A stretch of 64,000 bases of DNA from Spirulina sp. (GTDB lineage: Bacteria; Cyanobacteriota; Cyanobacteriia; Phormidesmidales; Phormidesmidaceae): NCBI GenBank assembly GCA_044070495.1, contig JBIPSI010000013.1:88581-152580 (forward strand), given 5' to 3'. The position numbers and the translations under genes were made by a program. This document shows, piece after piece, positions 42,377 through 53,277 of this stretch; positions within the stretch are counted from its first letter, which is position 1; each line of letters opens with the position of its first letter. The notes under the pieces were generated by a model. The model was not told the DNA's origin. It was given only the letters and a program-made list of their open reading frames with translations, and ran no database searches.

Positions 42377-42610
42377 ATGACAACGATGTGGCAAGAAAAC
42401 TTAGTCGAAAAGCAGGTTACTTATACCCTAAACTTGAATGGTCAAATGATTTTGATCGAGAATGTACCTGCTCGTGTCAACGAAGAAACAGGTGAGCAGT
42501 TTTTCTCTCCATCAACGGTAGAGCGCTTGCAGAAAACGATTTTGGAACAGTCAGAACCTGATCACTTTGTTCAAGTTCCTGTTTATAACTACTCAAACAG
42601 TGCAGCATAA
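42377..42610 (+). CDS. YgiT/MqsA-type zinc-finger-like antitoxin lacking cysteines
   Basis: ILIENVPARVNEETGEQFFS; directly follows DUF4258. Confidence 0.8.
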   Translation: MTTMWQENLVEKQVTYTLNLNGQMILIENVPARVNEETGEQFFSPSTVERLQKTILEQSEPDHFVQVPVYNYSNSAA

Positions 42611-42682
42611 TTCCCATGGCTATTTCACCCACGGAGAAAGATTTGGCATAGAATCAAATTACATCCAGGTTGAGGTCAGGTT

Positions 42683-43000
42683 GTGCAGATACCGGAGAAC
42701 CCTAGCAACAACGACATTCGGGATGCACTGATCAACCTACAAGACTTGATCGGTGAAGTCCGCAATGAACTTCGGAACGAAGTTCGGAGCGAAATCGAGG
42801 ACGTTCGGAGAGACATTAAGGATCTAAGCGACAAGGTAGATAAGCAAGACTACAAGTTCGACGCTTACCAAAAGGGAACGGATGGCATGGTGCGGATGGC
42901 CATCACCATCATTATTGCGACGGCTACGGTCGTTGTTATTCCTAGCTTAAGTCCAGCGATTACCGCCTTAATTAACGCCTTAACCAATACGTCCCTGTAG
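42683..43000 (+). CDS. Small coiled-coil protein with hydrophobic C-terminus
   Basis: EVRNELRNEVRSEIEDVRRDI followed by KFDAYQKG...MAITIIIATATVVVI. Confidence 0.7.
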   Translation: MQIPENPSNNDIRDALINLQDLIGEVRNELRNEVRSEIEDVRRDIKDLSDKVDKQDYKFDAYQKGTDGMVRMAITIIIATATVVVIPSLSPAITALINALTNTSL

Positions 43001-43024
43001 GGGCGGGGTTACCCCGCCCCTACG
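42997..43024. repeat. REP-like palindrome
   Basis: GTAGGGGCGGGGTTACCCCGCCCCTAC. Confidence 0.75.
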
Positions 43025-43038
43025 ACCCACGATAGAGG

Positions 43039-46000
43039 TTAACTCCCCCCAATACGGGCCACGTCGCGGGCGTTTTCTTCAAAGGCGGCGGTGAGGGCAT
43101 CGTCGCCAGTCAACCCATCGGCGAGGGCTTTTTGGATGTGTTGCAGCACCCGTTTGTAGTCGCGGGGCATCACCTTAACGAACTTGGGCAGTAGGCTATC
43201 CCAGTTATCGAGAATGCGCTGGCCCAGTTTGCTTTCGGTGTAGCCCACATGGCGCTGGATCAGTTCCTGAAGATCGCGGATTTCTTCGGGATCTTCGAGG
43301 GCTTCCAGGTCTACCATTTCGCGGTTGCAGCGGGTGGGGAAGTCGCCCGTTTCATCCAGCACGTAGGCGATGCCGCCGCTCATGCCCGCCGCGAAGTTGC
43401 GCCCAGTGCGGCCTAGGACAATGGCCTTGCCCCCGGTCATGTATTCGCAGGCGTGGTCGCCTACCCCCTCTACCACGGCAGTCACGCCGGAATTTCGCAC
43501 ACAGAACCGTTCCCCGGCCAGCCCCCGGATAAAGGCTTCGCCGCTGGTGGCCCCATAGAAGGCGACGTTGCCGGTGATGATGTTTTCCGCCGGAACAAAG
43601 GTGGACTGTTTGGGCGGGTAGAGCAGGATTTTGCCGCCACTGAGGCCCTTGCCCAGGTAGTCGTTGGCCTCCCCTTCCAGTTCGAGGGTGACGCCCTTGG
43701 GCACAAAGGCCCCAAAGCTTTGGCCAGCGCTGCCCTGGAAGTGGAGGTGAACGGTGTCTTCGGGTAGGCCCTCCCAGTGGCGTTTAGTGATTTCGTTGCC
43801 GAGGATAGTACCCACCACGCGGTTGATATTTTGGATCGGCAGGGTGGCACCGACTTTTTCGCCCCGTTCAATGGCGGGGGCACAGAGATCCAGCAATTTC
43901 GTCATGTCGAGGGATTGCTCTAGGCCGTGATCCTGGGCCATCTGGCAGTAGCGACCCACATCGGGGCCAACTTCCGGCTGGTGCAGAATGGGGGAGAGAT
44001 CTAGCCCCTTAGCTTTCCAGTGGTCGATGGCGGCCTTGGGTTCCAGCACATCGGTGCGGCCCACCATTTCATCCACGGTGCGGAAGCCCAGTTGGGCCAT
44101 CCATTCCCGCATTTCTTGAGCAATAAACCGCATAAAGTTGACCACATGGTCGGGGTCGCCCATGAAGTGCTTGCGCAGTTCGGGGTCTTGAGTCGCCACG
44201 CCCACGGGGCAGGTGTTCAGGTGGCAGACCCGCATCATAATGCAGCCCAGGGAAACCAGGGGCGCGGTGGAGAAGCCAAATTCCTCGGCCCCCAGCAGGG
44301 CACCGATCACCACGTCGCGCCCGGTTTTCATTTGGCCATCGGTTTCCACCACCACGCGGCTGCGCAGGTTATTCAGCACCAGGGTCTGGTGAGTTTCGGC
44401 GAGGCCCAGTTCCCAGGGCAGTCCGGCGTGTTTGATGGAGGTCTGCGGAGAAGCCCCGGTGCCACCATCGAATCCGGCAATCAAAATCACATCGGCGTGG
44501 GCCTTGGCCACCCCAGCGGCGATGGTGCCCACCCCGACCTCAGACACCAGCTTGACGTTGATGCGGGCATCCCGATTCGCGTTCTTCAGGTCGTGGATCA
44601 GTTCCGCCAGGTCTTCGATGGAGTAGATATCGTGGTGGGGCGGCGGCGAAATCAGGCCCACACCGGGGGTAGAGTGGCGCACCTTGGCCACCCAGGGGTA
44701 GACCTTGCGACCGGGCAGTTGGCCCCCTTCACCAGGTTTGGCTCCCTGGGCCATTTTGATTTGAATTTCCTTGGCTTGGGACAGGTACAGGCTCGTCACC
44801 CCAAACCGTCCCGACGCCACCTGCTTGATGGCGCTGTTTTTGGAGTCGCCCTGGTCGTTGGTCCAGGTGTAGCGTTCGGGGTCTTCGCCGCCCTCCCCGG
44901 TGTTGGATTTGCCGCCGATGCGGTTCATGGCAATGGCTAGGGCCTCGTGGGTTTCCTTGGAGATCGACCCATAGCTCATCGCCCCGGTCTTAAAGCGGCG
45001 GGTGATCGCCTCGATGGGTTCCACTTCGTCAATGGAAATCGGCTCTCGCTGTTTGAACTGAAGCAAATCCCGCAGGCGGAAGAGCTGCTTATCCTGGTCG
45101 TTTACCAGTTTGGCGTACTGTTTGTAGGCATCGTAATCCCCGGTTCGCACCGCCCTTTGCAGGGCGTGGATCACTTCGGGGCTGAGTAGGTGGGCTTCCC
45201 CTTCCTTGCGCCACTGGTAGTCGCCGCCCACATCCAGGGTGACGGTTTCCGTAGGCCGATCCGGGAAGGCGTGGCGGTGGCGCTTGAGGGCTTCTTCGGC
45301 TAGCACATCCAGCCCCACCCCCTGAATCCGGGAGGCCGTCCAGGTGAAGTACTGGTCAATCACGCTTTGGTTAAGGCCCAGCGCTTCAAAAATCTGGGCA
45401 CCGCGATAGCTCTGAATCGTCGAAATGCCAATCTTAGAGGCGATTTTGATCACCCCCTTGGTGACGGCCTTGATGAAGTTCTGACAGGCTTTGTCGAAAT
45501 CCATCGGCGGCAGAAGCTGGTCATCCATCATGCCCTGGATGGTGTCGAACACTAGGTAGGGGTTGATCGCCCCGCAGCCGTAGCCAATTAGGGTGGCGAA
45601 ATGGTGGACTTCACGGGGTTCGCCCGACTCCAGCACCAGACCCACACGGGTACGGCTACCGTTGCGGATTAGGTGGTGGTGCAGTCCGCCTACCGCCAGC
45701 AGGGCGGGAATGGGAGCTTGGCTAGCATCCACATCCCGGTCGGACAGAATAATCAGGCTCTTGCCCTCGGCGATGGCCGCATCCGCCGCCGCACAGATGT
45801 TGTCTAGGGCGGACTTCAGCCCCGCTTCACCCTCGGAAGACTGGAACACCATCGGCAATGTCACCGAAGGAAAGCCACTGCCCCCCGCCGCCTTCAGCTT
45901 GGCCAGTTCCCCATTGGTGATGATCGGCGTGTTCAGGCTAATCAGCCGACAGCTTTCTGGTTCCGGCTTCAGCAGGTTGCGTTCGCTGCCGATGGTGGTT

Positions 46001-47670
46001 TGGGCCGAGGTGATGATCGCCTCCCGAATCGAGTCAATGGGCGGGTTCGTCACCTGGGCAAAGAGCTGGTGGAAGTAGTCGTACAGCAAGCGGGGCTTGT
46101 TAGACAGCACGGGCAACGGCGTATCCGTCCCCATCGCGCCCACGGCTTCCACGCCGTTTTCGGCCATCGGCTTGAGGAGTAGGCGCAGTTCCTCGAAGCT
46201 ATAGCCAAAGGCGGTTTGCAGGGTGGGAAGGGTGGTGGGGTGGTGGGGTGGTGGGGTGGTGGGGTGGTGGCCGTTCTCACCATCGCGCCCTCCCGCCATC
46301 TCACCATTAGGCAGATCAGCGAGCTTCACCAAATGCTGATCCAGCCATTCCCGGTAGGGTTGTTCGGTGGCGACCTGCGCTTTGATTTCCTCGTCGGCGA
46401 CGATGCGGCCTTCCTCCATATTCACCAGGAACATCCGACCTGGCTCTAGGCGACCCTTGTAGGCGACGTTTTCTGGGGCGATGGGCAGTACCCCGGCTTC
46501 CGAGGCCATGATCACCAGGTCGTCCTTCGTCACCGTGTAGCGGGATGGGCGCAGACCGTTGCGATCTAGCACGGCTCCCATCATGGTGCCATCGGTGAAG
46601 GCAATGGCGGCGGGGCCGTCCCAGGGTTCCATCAGGCAGGCGTGGTACTCGTAGAAGGATTTCTTCTCGGCACTCATAGACTCATGGGCCGTCCAGGGTT
46701 CCGGCACCATCATCATCATGGCGTGGGGCAAGGATCGGCCCGAAAGCGCCATCAGTTCTAGGGTGTTGTCAAAAATGCCGGAGTCGCTACCGTCCTTGTT
46801 GATGACGGGCTGGGTACGCCGCAGGTCGTCGCCAAACAGGTCGGTTTCAAACATCGACTGACGGGCATACATCCAGTTGATGTTGCCGCGCAGGGTGTTG
46901 ATTTCGCCGTTGTGGGCGATGTAGCGGTAGGGGTGGGAGCGTTCCCAACTGGGGAAGGTGTTGGTGCTGAAGCGGGAATGCACCAGGGCCAGGGCGCTTT
47001 CCATATCGGGGTCGGCCAGGTCGGGGAAGTACAGCCCCACCTGCTCCGGGGTCAGCATCCCTTTGTAAACCAGGGTGCGGCAAGACAGGCTGGTGGCATA
47101 CCAGTAGGGGTCAATGCCGGTGGGGCGAATGGCAGAATGGGAACGCTTGCGAATCACGTACAGCTTGCGCTCAAAGGCTAGCTCATCGGCCACATCAGGG
47201 GTGCGCTCGATGAACACCTGCTCCATAAAGGGTTCGCTGGCCTTGGCGGTTTCCCCCAGGGAGGCGTTGTCCGTCGGCACATCCCGCCAGCCCAAGACCC
47301 GCAGCCCTTCCTCTTCTACGATACGCTCCAACAACCGCCGCCCCTTCGCCCGATCCGCCGGATCAGGCGTCGAGAAGAAGAAGCCCACGCCATAGTGACC
47401 CGGTTCAGGCAAGGTAATCCCTTCCGCCGCCGCCACCTTGGCCATAAATTTGTGGGGCATTTGCATCAAAATTCCGGCCCCGTCGCCCGTGTTGGCCTCG
47501 GCCCCTACGGCCCCCCGGTGGGACAGATTCACCAAAATCGTCAGCCCCTGCTGCACAATACTGTGGGACTGCGCCCCCTTCATGTGGACAATAAAGCCCA
47601 CACCGCAGGCATCGTGCTCGTACTGGGGATGGTACAGACCTTGGGCTTGGGGCGGATGGATTTGGCTCAT
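43039..47670 (-). CDS. gltB: Glutamate synthase large subunit (NADH-GOGAT)
   Basis: [48 protein letters not shown] domain; paired with gltD. Confidence 0.97.
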   Translation of the reverse strand: MSQIHPPQAQGLYHPQYEHDACGVGFIVHMKGAQSHSIVQQGLTILVNLSHRGAVGAEANTGDGAGILMQMPHKFMAKVAAAEGITLPEPGHYGVGFFFSTPDPADRAKGRRLLERIVEEEGLRVLGWRDVPTDNASLGETAKASEPFMEQVFIERTPDVADELAFERKLYVIRKRSHSAIRPTGIDPYWYATSLSCRTLVYKGMLTPEQVGLYFPDLADPDMESALALVHSRFSTNTFPSWERSHPYRYIAHNGEINTLRGNINWMYARQSMFETDLFGDDLRRTQPVINKDGSDSGIFDNTLELMALSGRSLPHAMMMMVPEPWTAHESMSAEKKSFYEYHACLMEPWDGPAAIAFTDGTMMGAVLDRNGLRPSRYTVTKDDLVIMASEAGVLPIAPENVAYKGRLEPGRMFLVNMEEGRIVADEEIKAQVATEQPYREWLDQHLVKLADLPNGEMAGGRDGENGHHPTTPPPHHPTTLPTLQTAFGYSFEELRLLLKPMAENGVEAVGAMGTDTPLPVLSNKPRLLYDYFHQLFAQVTNPPIDSIREAIITSAQTTIGSERNLLKPEPESCRLISLNTPIITNGELAKLKAAGGSGFPSVTLPMVFQSSEGEAGLKSALDNICAAADAAIAEGKSLIILSDRDVDASQAPIPALLAVGGLHHHLIRNGSRTRVGLVLESGEPREVHHFATLIGYGCGAINPYLVFDTIQGMMDDQLLPPMDFDKACQNFIKAVTKGVIKIASKIGISTIQSYRGAQIFEALGLNQSVIDQYFTWTASRIQGVGLDVLAEEALKRHRHAFPDRPTETVTLDVGGDYQWRKEGEAHLLSPEVIHALQRAVRTGDYDAYKQYAKLVNDQDKQLFRLRDLLQFKQREPISIDEVEPIEAITRRFKTGAMSYGSISKETHEALAIAMNRIGGKSNTGEGGEDPERYTWTNDQGDSKNSAIKQVASGRFGVTSLYLSQAKEIQIKMAQGAKPGEGGQLPGRKVYPWVAKVRHSTPGVGLISPPPHHDIYSIEDLAELIHDLKNANRDARINVKLVSEVGVGTIAAGVAKAHADVILIAGFDGGTGASPQTSIKHAGLPWELGLAETHQTLVLNNLRSRVVVETDGQMKTGRDVVIGALLGAEEFGFSTAPLVSLGCIMMRVCHLNTCPVGVATQDPELRKHFMGDPDHVVNFMRFIAQEMREWMAQLGFRTVDEMVGRTDVLEPKAAIDHWKAKGLDLSPILHQPEVGPDVGRYCQMAQDHGLEQSLDMTKLLDLCAPAIERGEKVGATLPIQNINRVVGTILGNEITKRHWEGLPEDTVHLHFQGSAGQSFGAFVPKGVTLELEGEANDYLGKGLSGGKILLYPPKQSTFVPAENIITGNVAFYGATSGEAFIRGLAGERFCVRNSGVTAVVEGVGDHACEYMTGGKAIVLGRTGRNFAAGMSGGIAYVLDETGDFPTRCNREMVDLEALEDPEEIRDLQELIQRHVGYTESKLGQRILDNWDSLLPKFVKVMPRDYKRVLQHIQKALADGLTGDDALTAAFEENARDVARIGGS
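46231..46270. repeat. (GGTGGTGG)5 octamer tandem repeat inside gltB
   Basis: Five perfect copies, encoding [13 protein letters not shown]. Confidence 0.9.
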
Positions 47671-47861
47671 ACGGGTCGGTGCGGAATAACGACGACGGGA
47701 AAACGCTAGGACAGGATAGACCTTCCCAGGTTTAATCCATCAGCATTCTCTGGTCAGATGATTGATTTGCCCCATCTCTTAAGAAAAATATCAGTATCAA
47801 CCCCCAAGAACTTTGCGAAAAGTCACAGAGTTGGCACAAAAATTCATTCCCAGGCTTTTCT

Positions 47862-47875
47862 GTAAAATTCAATAC
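47862..47875. promoter_or_regulatory. Putative NtcA box upstream of gltB
   Basis: GTA-AAATTCAA-TAC (GTA-N8-TAC) about 190 bp upstream of a nitrogen assimilation gene. Confidence 0.55.
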
Positions 47876-48124
47876 TTTTACCTACTCATTACTAGAAATG
47901 CCTTCTTTATCCCCAAGCAAGAATTTCTTTTAACTTTGTAGGCGTGCCGAATTCTTACGCGATGATTGCCCTAGAGCCGTGCTATAAACCACCACAGCTT
48001 TACTAAATTAATTCATGATTAGAATGCCCAAACTAAAACCTTTAAATACAGCTTGCTTTGCAAATTTAGCCCTATTTCGGACGACAATTGAGACAAGGTT
48101 CAGATTTCCACCATCGCGGCCATG

Positions 48125-48276
48125 CTATGGCGGTTCTCGATAGCGTGAGATACGCCGTTTCTGGGTTCTAGATCCCCCCAGTCCCTAGCGGTCTAAGTTT
48201 CACTCTGTACCCCCCTTGATAAGGGGCGCAGGGGGGATCATCAAAATGCACTGCGCTCAAATGAAATCCGCTATAG
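48125..48276. mobile_element. ~150-bp MITE with TATAGCG-type termini, copy 2
   Basis: CTATGGCGGTTCTC...GAAATCCGCTATAG. Confidence 0.85.
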
Positions 48277-48347
48277 GATCGTTCTACACCCAAAATCAGG
48301 GCAGGCTATGCTTTTCTGATACCTGAGCTGCGTTGCGGTTAGCCCTC

Positions 48348-48992
48348 ATGAATATCCTGCTTGATCTCGATGGCACCCTCACCGATCCCCAGGAGGGCAT
48401 TTTGGCCTGTTTGCGCCATGCCCTAGACACCCTTGAACAGCCCATTCCCGACGACGACATCCTGCGTTTGCTGATTGGCCCGCCCCTGCGCGAGGGAATT
48501 AGTCATCTGCTCCATTGTCCAGCGGAAGATCCCTTAGTGGATGCGGCCATCACCGCCTATCGAGACCGGTTTTCCACCGTGGGTCTGTTTGAAAATCGGC
48601 TTTACGACGGCATTTTAGACGCCCTGGCAAGTCTGGTTTCCCATGGCCCGCTGTTTGTGGTGACCTCCAAGCCACGGGTGTTTGCCGAGCGAATTGTGGC
48701 CCACTTTGGCCTGGATGCTTACGTTCAGGAAGTCTACGGCAGCGAGCTAGACGGCACCCGTGCCGACAAGGGCGATCTGATTGCCCACGCCCTAGCCCAG
48801 TCGGATCTCGCGGCGGCAGATACGGTGATGGTGGGGGATCGTCGCTACGACATCATCGGTGCCCTGCGCCAGCAGGTTTGGCCCGTGGGGGTGTTGTGGG
48901 GCTACGGTTCTCGCCAAGAGTTGATCCAGGCTGGGGGGCAGCAGTTGCTAAATCACCCCAGCGATCTGGCCACCCTACGGCCTCAATATTGA
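48348..48992 (+). CDS. HAD-family hydrolase (phosphoglycolate-phosphatase/nucleotidase-like)
   Basis: DLDGTLTD, VTSK, MVGDRRYD, VLWGYG. Confidence 0.9.
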   Translation: MNILLDLDGTLTDPQEGILACLRHALDTLEQPIPDDDILRLLIGPPLREGISHLLHCPAEDPLVDAAITAYRDRFSTVGLFENRLYDGILDALASLVSHGPLFVVTSKPRVFAERIVAHFGLDAYVQEVYGSELDGTRADKGDLIAHALAQSDLAAADTVMVGDRRYDIIGALRQQVWPVGVLWGYGSRQELIQAGGQQLLNHPSDLATLRPQY

Positions 48993-49008
48993 TCGGTTCA
49001 GGATTGAG

Positions 49009-49075
49009 AGAACCCCGGTTTCTTCGTCGTGCGCCTACGAGATTTGGCCTTTCCAAGCGTAGAAACCGGGGTTCT
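49009..49075. repeat. ~67-bp inverted-repeat mini-element, copy 2
   Basis: AGAACCCCGGTTTCT...AGAAACCGGGGTTCT between convergent genes. Confidence 0.8.
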
Positions 49076-49086
49076 ATGCCAGCCTT

Positions 49087-49779
49087 CTAGGGGCAGGTAC
49101 GGTTAGCAAAATCGCATTGATAAATGTAGGGTTCCTGCCAATAGAGCGGAATGCTCAGCAGGTCGCGTACCCCCGTAATGCCCTGGCTGATAAACAGCAG
49201 CACCGCCACGGTGTTTAGGGCGGCATGGGTCAAACGCCAGCGTTTGGAGGCGTAGATTTCCGGCAGGGTAGCGAGGGCAAAAATCATCAGCATCGCCGCC
49301 GCCATGCCCAAGTAAAAGTGGGACACATACCACTCCTGGCCGCGCCGAAATACCCCAGGCTGCATTCCCAACAGCCACAGACCCAGGCCCGTGAGGGTGG
49401 CAAATAACCCCCGCCATTGGGCGGTGCGAGCCCGGTACAAAACCACCACCGCCGCCAGGGTAAAGCCGTAGATCAGCGCCACAAACACCACCCGCAACGG
49501 ATCTCTAGCCCATACCTGTTCCCGAATCAGCGTTTTGATAATGGGATGGGCCAGCCCCAGCAACACTAGCCCCACCACCGACCCCGCCAACCAGCGCCCT
49601 ACTCGTACATGCTCGGTGCCCACCAGGGGGTTGATGCGGGTTTTAGCCTTGGCGTTCACCGCCTGCCGCCGCTGCCGAGTTTGAATTGCAAAATAGGTGG
49701 CTACCCCAATCAGGGGCATGACCCAAACCACCGCCAAAACGGGATGCAATAGCCTTAGCAAATCCGGAGTCTCGATCAT
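49087..49779 (-). CDS. DUF4079-family membrane protein
   Basis: LLHP, EHVRVGRWL, SHFYLG, HAALN...QGITGVRDLLSIPL. Confidence 0.75.
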   Translation of the reverse strand: MIETPDLLRLLHPVLAVVWVMPLIGVATYFAIQTRQRRQAVNAKAKTRINPLVGTEHVRVGRWLAGSVVGLVLLGLAHPIIKTLIREQVWARDPLRVVFVALIYGFTLAAVVVLYRARTAQWRGLFATLTGLGLWLLGMQPGVFRRGQEWYVSHFYLGMAAAMLMIFALATLPEIYASKRWRLTHAALNTVAVLLFISQGITGVRDLLSIPLYWQEPYIYQCDFANRTCP

Positions 49780-49901
49780 GGCAACCTCACTAAATTTCGT
49801 AGCTCAACCTGGCGCTGGGAAGGCGTCATCATAGCCTACTTCAACGGATAGGGCCGAGTGACTTGGGGCATAATCAGGGTAGATCTGCCGTTAGTTTCGC
49901 C

Positions 49902-50696
49902 ATGTCCGAACCTGTCACCATTCAGGATATCTACGACCTGTTCCGCACCTCCCAACAGGTCGCCGAGCAACGTTCCGCCGCTATCGACCATCAGCTAGCC
50001 ACCTTTGCCGCCGAGGCGACGCAACGTTCCGCTGCCCTTGATCACCAGCTAGCCACCTTTGCCGCCGAAGCCGAGCAGCGTTCCGCCGACCTGGATCGTC
50101 AGTTGGCAGATTTTGCTGCCGAAGCCAAGCAGCGTTCCGCCGACTTGGATCGTCAGTTGGCAGATTTTGCTGCGAAAGCAGATCAAAGGGCAGCGGAAGC
50201 GGATCGGCGGGCGGCAGAAGCGGATCGGCGGCTAGCACGGATTGAACGAATTGCGGCCCAAGCCAATCAGGAATCGGCTCGGTTGGGGGAACGCTGGGGC
50301 CAATTTGTGGAAAACTTGGTTGAACCAGCGGTGATTACGCTTTTCCAGGCGCGGGGCATCGGCGTGCAGGAAACCTATCGGCGGATGAAGTCAAAACGTC
50401 CTGCGGCCCCCATGGAAATTGATATTTTCGCCATCGATGGGGATGTGGCTGTGGCCATTGAGGTGAAGTCGCGGCTGGCTCGGCGGGATGTGGAGTATTT
50501 CTTAGAAAAACTAGGACGGTTTAAGCAATCGTTTATTCACTTCCAGGAGTATCAACTATACGGAGCCGTAGCGGGCATCGAAATTGATGAAAATATGGAT
50601 CGCTACGCCTACCAGCAGGGGCTATTTGTCATTCGCCAGTGCGGGGATGCCATGGAAATTGCCAACGACGCCACGTTTCAGCCCGCGACTTGGTAG
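49902..50696 (+). CDS. Coiled-coil plus PD-(D/E)XK nuclease-like protein (DUF3782-like)
   Basis: WGQFVENLVEPA, EIDIFA...AIEVKS, YGAVAGI, YAYQQGLFVI; N-terminal 18-aa repeats. Confidence 0.85.
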   Translation: MSEPVTIQDIYDLFRTSQQVAEQRSAAIDHQLATFAAEATQRSAALDHQLATFAAEAEQRSADLDRQLADFAAEAKQRSADLDRQLADFAAKADQRAAEADRRAAEADRRLARIERIAAQANQESARLGERWGQFVENLVEPAVITLFQARGIGVQETYRRMKSKRPAAPMEIDIFAIDGDVAVAIEVKSRLARRDVEYFLEKLGRFKQSFIHFQEYQLYGAVAGIEIDENMDRYAYQQGLFVIRQCGDAMEIANDATFQPATW

Positions 50697-50736
50697 ACAT
50701 TATTCTAAATCCTAGAGAGGCTATTAATAAAATTTT

Positions 50737-50886
50737 TATAGCAGATTTCGCCTGGGTAAAGTATATTGCGATGATCCCCCCTCCCCCCCTTGATAAGGGG
50801 GGTACAGAGTAAAACTGAGACAGCCAAGTACTGGGGGGATCTAGAATCTAGCAAAGGTGTATCTCACCCTATCGAGAACCGCTATA
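50737..50886. mobile_element. ~150-bp MITE with TATAGCG-type termini, copy 3
   Basis: TATAGCAGATTTC...GAGAACCGCTATA. Confidence 0.85.
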
Positions 50887-50963
50887 AATCCCCCAACAGT
50901 GGCTCTAATCAGAACGATGACTTGAGATGTATAGGAGCTTATAGAAAGGCTCAAAGCCCTAGA

Positions 50964-51731
50964 CTAAACCCACAAATTAAACCGAGCAAGCTGTTGCTTC
51001 AAACGATCTGGCAACTGGCGGGCCAGATCCTCGGCGGTTTTGAAGGTAAGGCGATTTTGGGCAGGCAAATCAAAGGGATATTGGCCAGGGATGTCGGGCC
51101 GCTCCATTTGGGCCAGCAGAATTTGCTCCGGCGGTTTAGATTGCAGGGCATAGCCCATTTCCACGCAGACATGGGGGCTGGGAATAGCAATTTTAGGGTC
51201 GCCAGCGGATTCTAGAATGGGGGTGCCATCGGCCACAAACAGCAGCGCTTTGGCCATTTTACGAGTGAGGCGGCTGTTCAATCGAGCGGGGCCTTCACTG
51301 AGGCGGTGGCCTACTTCCAGGGTTAGCGGCACGCGGGATTTGGTATTGAGGGTAGCGAGGGCATCGGTAAGCCCCTGGTGCAGCAGTTCCGCCGAGGGGC
51401 TGTAGTCGGCCTGGTAGCAGAAGTAGATGATCGGGTCGAGGTGGGCCATCACCTCTCGTTTGGTGAAGTAGATTTCGTGGCTGATCAAGTCGATGTTGGC
51501 GATGGCATAGCCGCCGCTGCCTTCGATGTAGAATTCCACCACCTCGCCATCTAGGTAGCGCTGAAACCAGGCGCTTTGCCGCACGGTGTCGCTATCGTCT
51601 AAAAAATCTGCCCGCAGGGCCGATTTCAGCAGGCTATTTTTGCTCAGCCGCAGATCGTAGGGCCGCTTTTCCAAATCGCGCAGGGGCTCGTAGGCTTCTA
51701 GATACCAGGCTTTGAGGGCAATAATCGCCAT
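50964..51731 (-). CDS. Conserved hypothetical protein
   Basis: 255 aa; MAIIALKAWYL, FYIEGSGGYAIANIDLISHEIYF, PHVCVEMGYA (TIR/nucleoside deoxyribosyltransferase-like C-terminal motif). Confidence 0.8.
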   Translation of the reverse strand: MAIIALKAWYLEAYEPLRDLEKRPYDLRLSKNSLLKSALRADFLDDSDTVRQSAWFQRYLDGEVVEFYIEGSGGYAIANIDLISHEIYFTKREVMAHLDPIIYFCYQADYSPSAELLHQGLTDALATLNTKSRVPLTLEVGHRLSEGPARLNSRLTRKMAKALLFVADGTPILESAGDPKIAIPSPHVCVEMGYALQSKPPEQILLAQMERPDIPGQYPFDLPAQNRLTFKTAEDLARQLPDRLKQQLARFNLWV

Positions 51732-51896
51732 GGGTTCCTCCTCAGCAGGGGATCGGCAGCCTTCCCCAAGGTCAAACGTATCGCTTGATTTTACGCCCTA
51801 GACCCGATCTCTGATCGGTGAAATCTTCTGAATCAGATCAGTGCAACCAGGGGCTTAAGCCCCTGGTCGGAAATGCCTTATCTCCGTAGATGATCC

Positions 51897-52217
51897 TTAA
51901 GGATTAAACACCTCGTCCTCCAGGCCCACCCACCATTCGCCTAGGCCCATCAGTTCCCCATGGAGCTGGCTGAGTTCGCGCATGTAAGCTTCGGGGGCTA
52001 GGGTGTCCTTGCGTTCTTGCAGCATGGTGAGGCGCAACAGCACCAGCAGCCAGGGCTTAGAAATGCCGTCCCTAGCTTCGATGAACTGGGCCAAACTGCG
52101 GCTATCTAGCCCTAGCCCTTGACCCAGCCCTTGCCGTAACCCTTGGCTGAGGCGATGCAGGGGCAGACCGAGGGGATCGCCCCCCATGGGGTTGTCATTT
52201 TTGTCGGCGTGATCCAC
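51897..52217 (-). CDS. Conserved hypothetical protein
   Basis: GISKPWLL.LRL...LMGLGEWWVGLEDEVF; start uncertain. Confidence 0.7.
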   Translation of the reverse strand: MDHADKNDNPMGGDPLGLPLHRLSQGLRQGLGQGLGLDSRSLAQFIEARDGISKPWLLVLLRLTMLQERKDTLAPEAYMRELSQLHGELMGLGEWWVGLEDEVFNP

Positions 52218-52437
52218 GGGGGTACCTCTTAGGACTGCTCTTTCTGCTCTTTTTACTGTAGCCCTAACTTTTGGAGGGTGCAGGACTTCGCCCATGTCAC
52301 CCTACAGGAATCCTTAGGCATTGAGCATCTTGGGCCTATTGTCGGTAGGATGATGGCCGTAATTTATGTTGTTTCCTACGTTAACGTTCCTGCGTTCAAC
52401 GTCTCTACGTTCAACATCTCTGCGTTCAAAGGCTTTG

Positions 52438-53079
52438 ATGATGCTTGACCCCACCCTGGCCATCCTGTCCCCGCCACCGCCGTCGCCCTGGCCCCGGTTT
52501 TCGGCACCGCTGAAGTTGGCGGTGTTGGCCTCCGGCAACGGTAGCAACTTAGAAGCCATCGCCAACGCGATTTCTCAGGGGGATTTGCACGCCCAAATTC
52601 AGGTGGTGATCTACAACAACCCCAAGGCCAAGGTGGCGGAACGGGCGGATCGGTTGGGCCTACCCAAGGTGTTGCTCAACCATCGCCAGTACCCCAGCCG
52701 CGAAGCCCTCGACCAAGCCATCATCCAAACGGTGCAAGCCCACGGGGCTGATTGGGTAATCATGGCGGGCTGGATGCGCTGCGTTACCCAAGTGCTGATC
52801 GACGCCTTCCCTGGTCGGGTGCTCAATATTCACCCCAGTTTGCTGCCCAGCTTTCCCGGTATCCACGCCGTGGAACAAGCCCTGGCGGCGGGGGTCAAGG
52901 TGTCGGGCTGCACCGTCCACCATGTGGAACTGAAGGTGGATAGCGGCCCGATTATCATCCAAGCCGTGGTGCCCGTGCTGCCCGGAGATACCGCCGACAC
53001 CCTGCAAGCCCGCATCCAGGCCCAGGAACACCGCATCTATCCCGCCGCCATTGCCCTTGCCGCCAGCCAAACGGCCTAG
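52438..53079 (+). CDS. purN: Phosphoribosylglycinamide formyltransferase
   Basis: LASGNGSN, MAGWMR, NIHPSLLPSFPG, GCTVH, VDSGPII, EH. Confidence 0.96.
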   Translation: MMLDPTLAILSPPPPSPWPRFSAPLKLAVLASGNGSNLEAIANAISQGDLHAQIQVVIYNNPKAKVAERADRLGLPKVLLNHRQYPSREALDQAIIQTVQAHGADWVIMAGWMRCVTQVLIDAFPGRVLNIHPSLLPSFPGIHAVEQALAAGVKVSGCTVHHVELKVDSGPIIIQAVVPVLPGDTADTLQARIQAQEHRIYPAAIALAASQTA

Positions 53080-53277
53080 CTCACCCTGGGGCCAAATTGA
53101 CCAAGGGAAGTGCCCCAGGGCGGGCTATGGGGTAGACAAACGATGCAGTAATCCGGGGCTGGTTTACCAAAAATTGACCGTTGGCCGCTGGAAAATCAGA
53201 ACTTTTGTGAGAAGAGAGTTTAAGCGTTTGTTACGATGGTTACGAATGCCATTGTGCACCAAGGAGAACCTCCAACC

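Noticed and set aside
49964..50232. Regular repeats as a CRISPR array
   Set aside because: Contiguous in-frame coding repeats without unique spacers; no cas genes in the window
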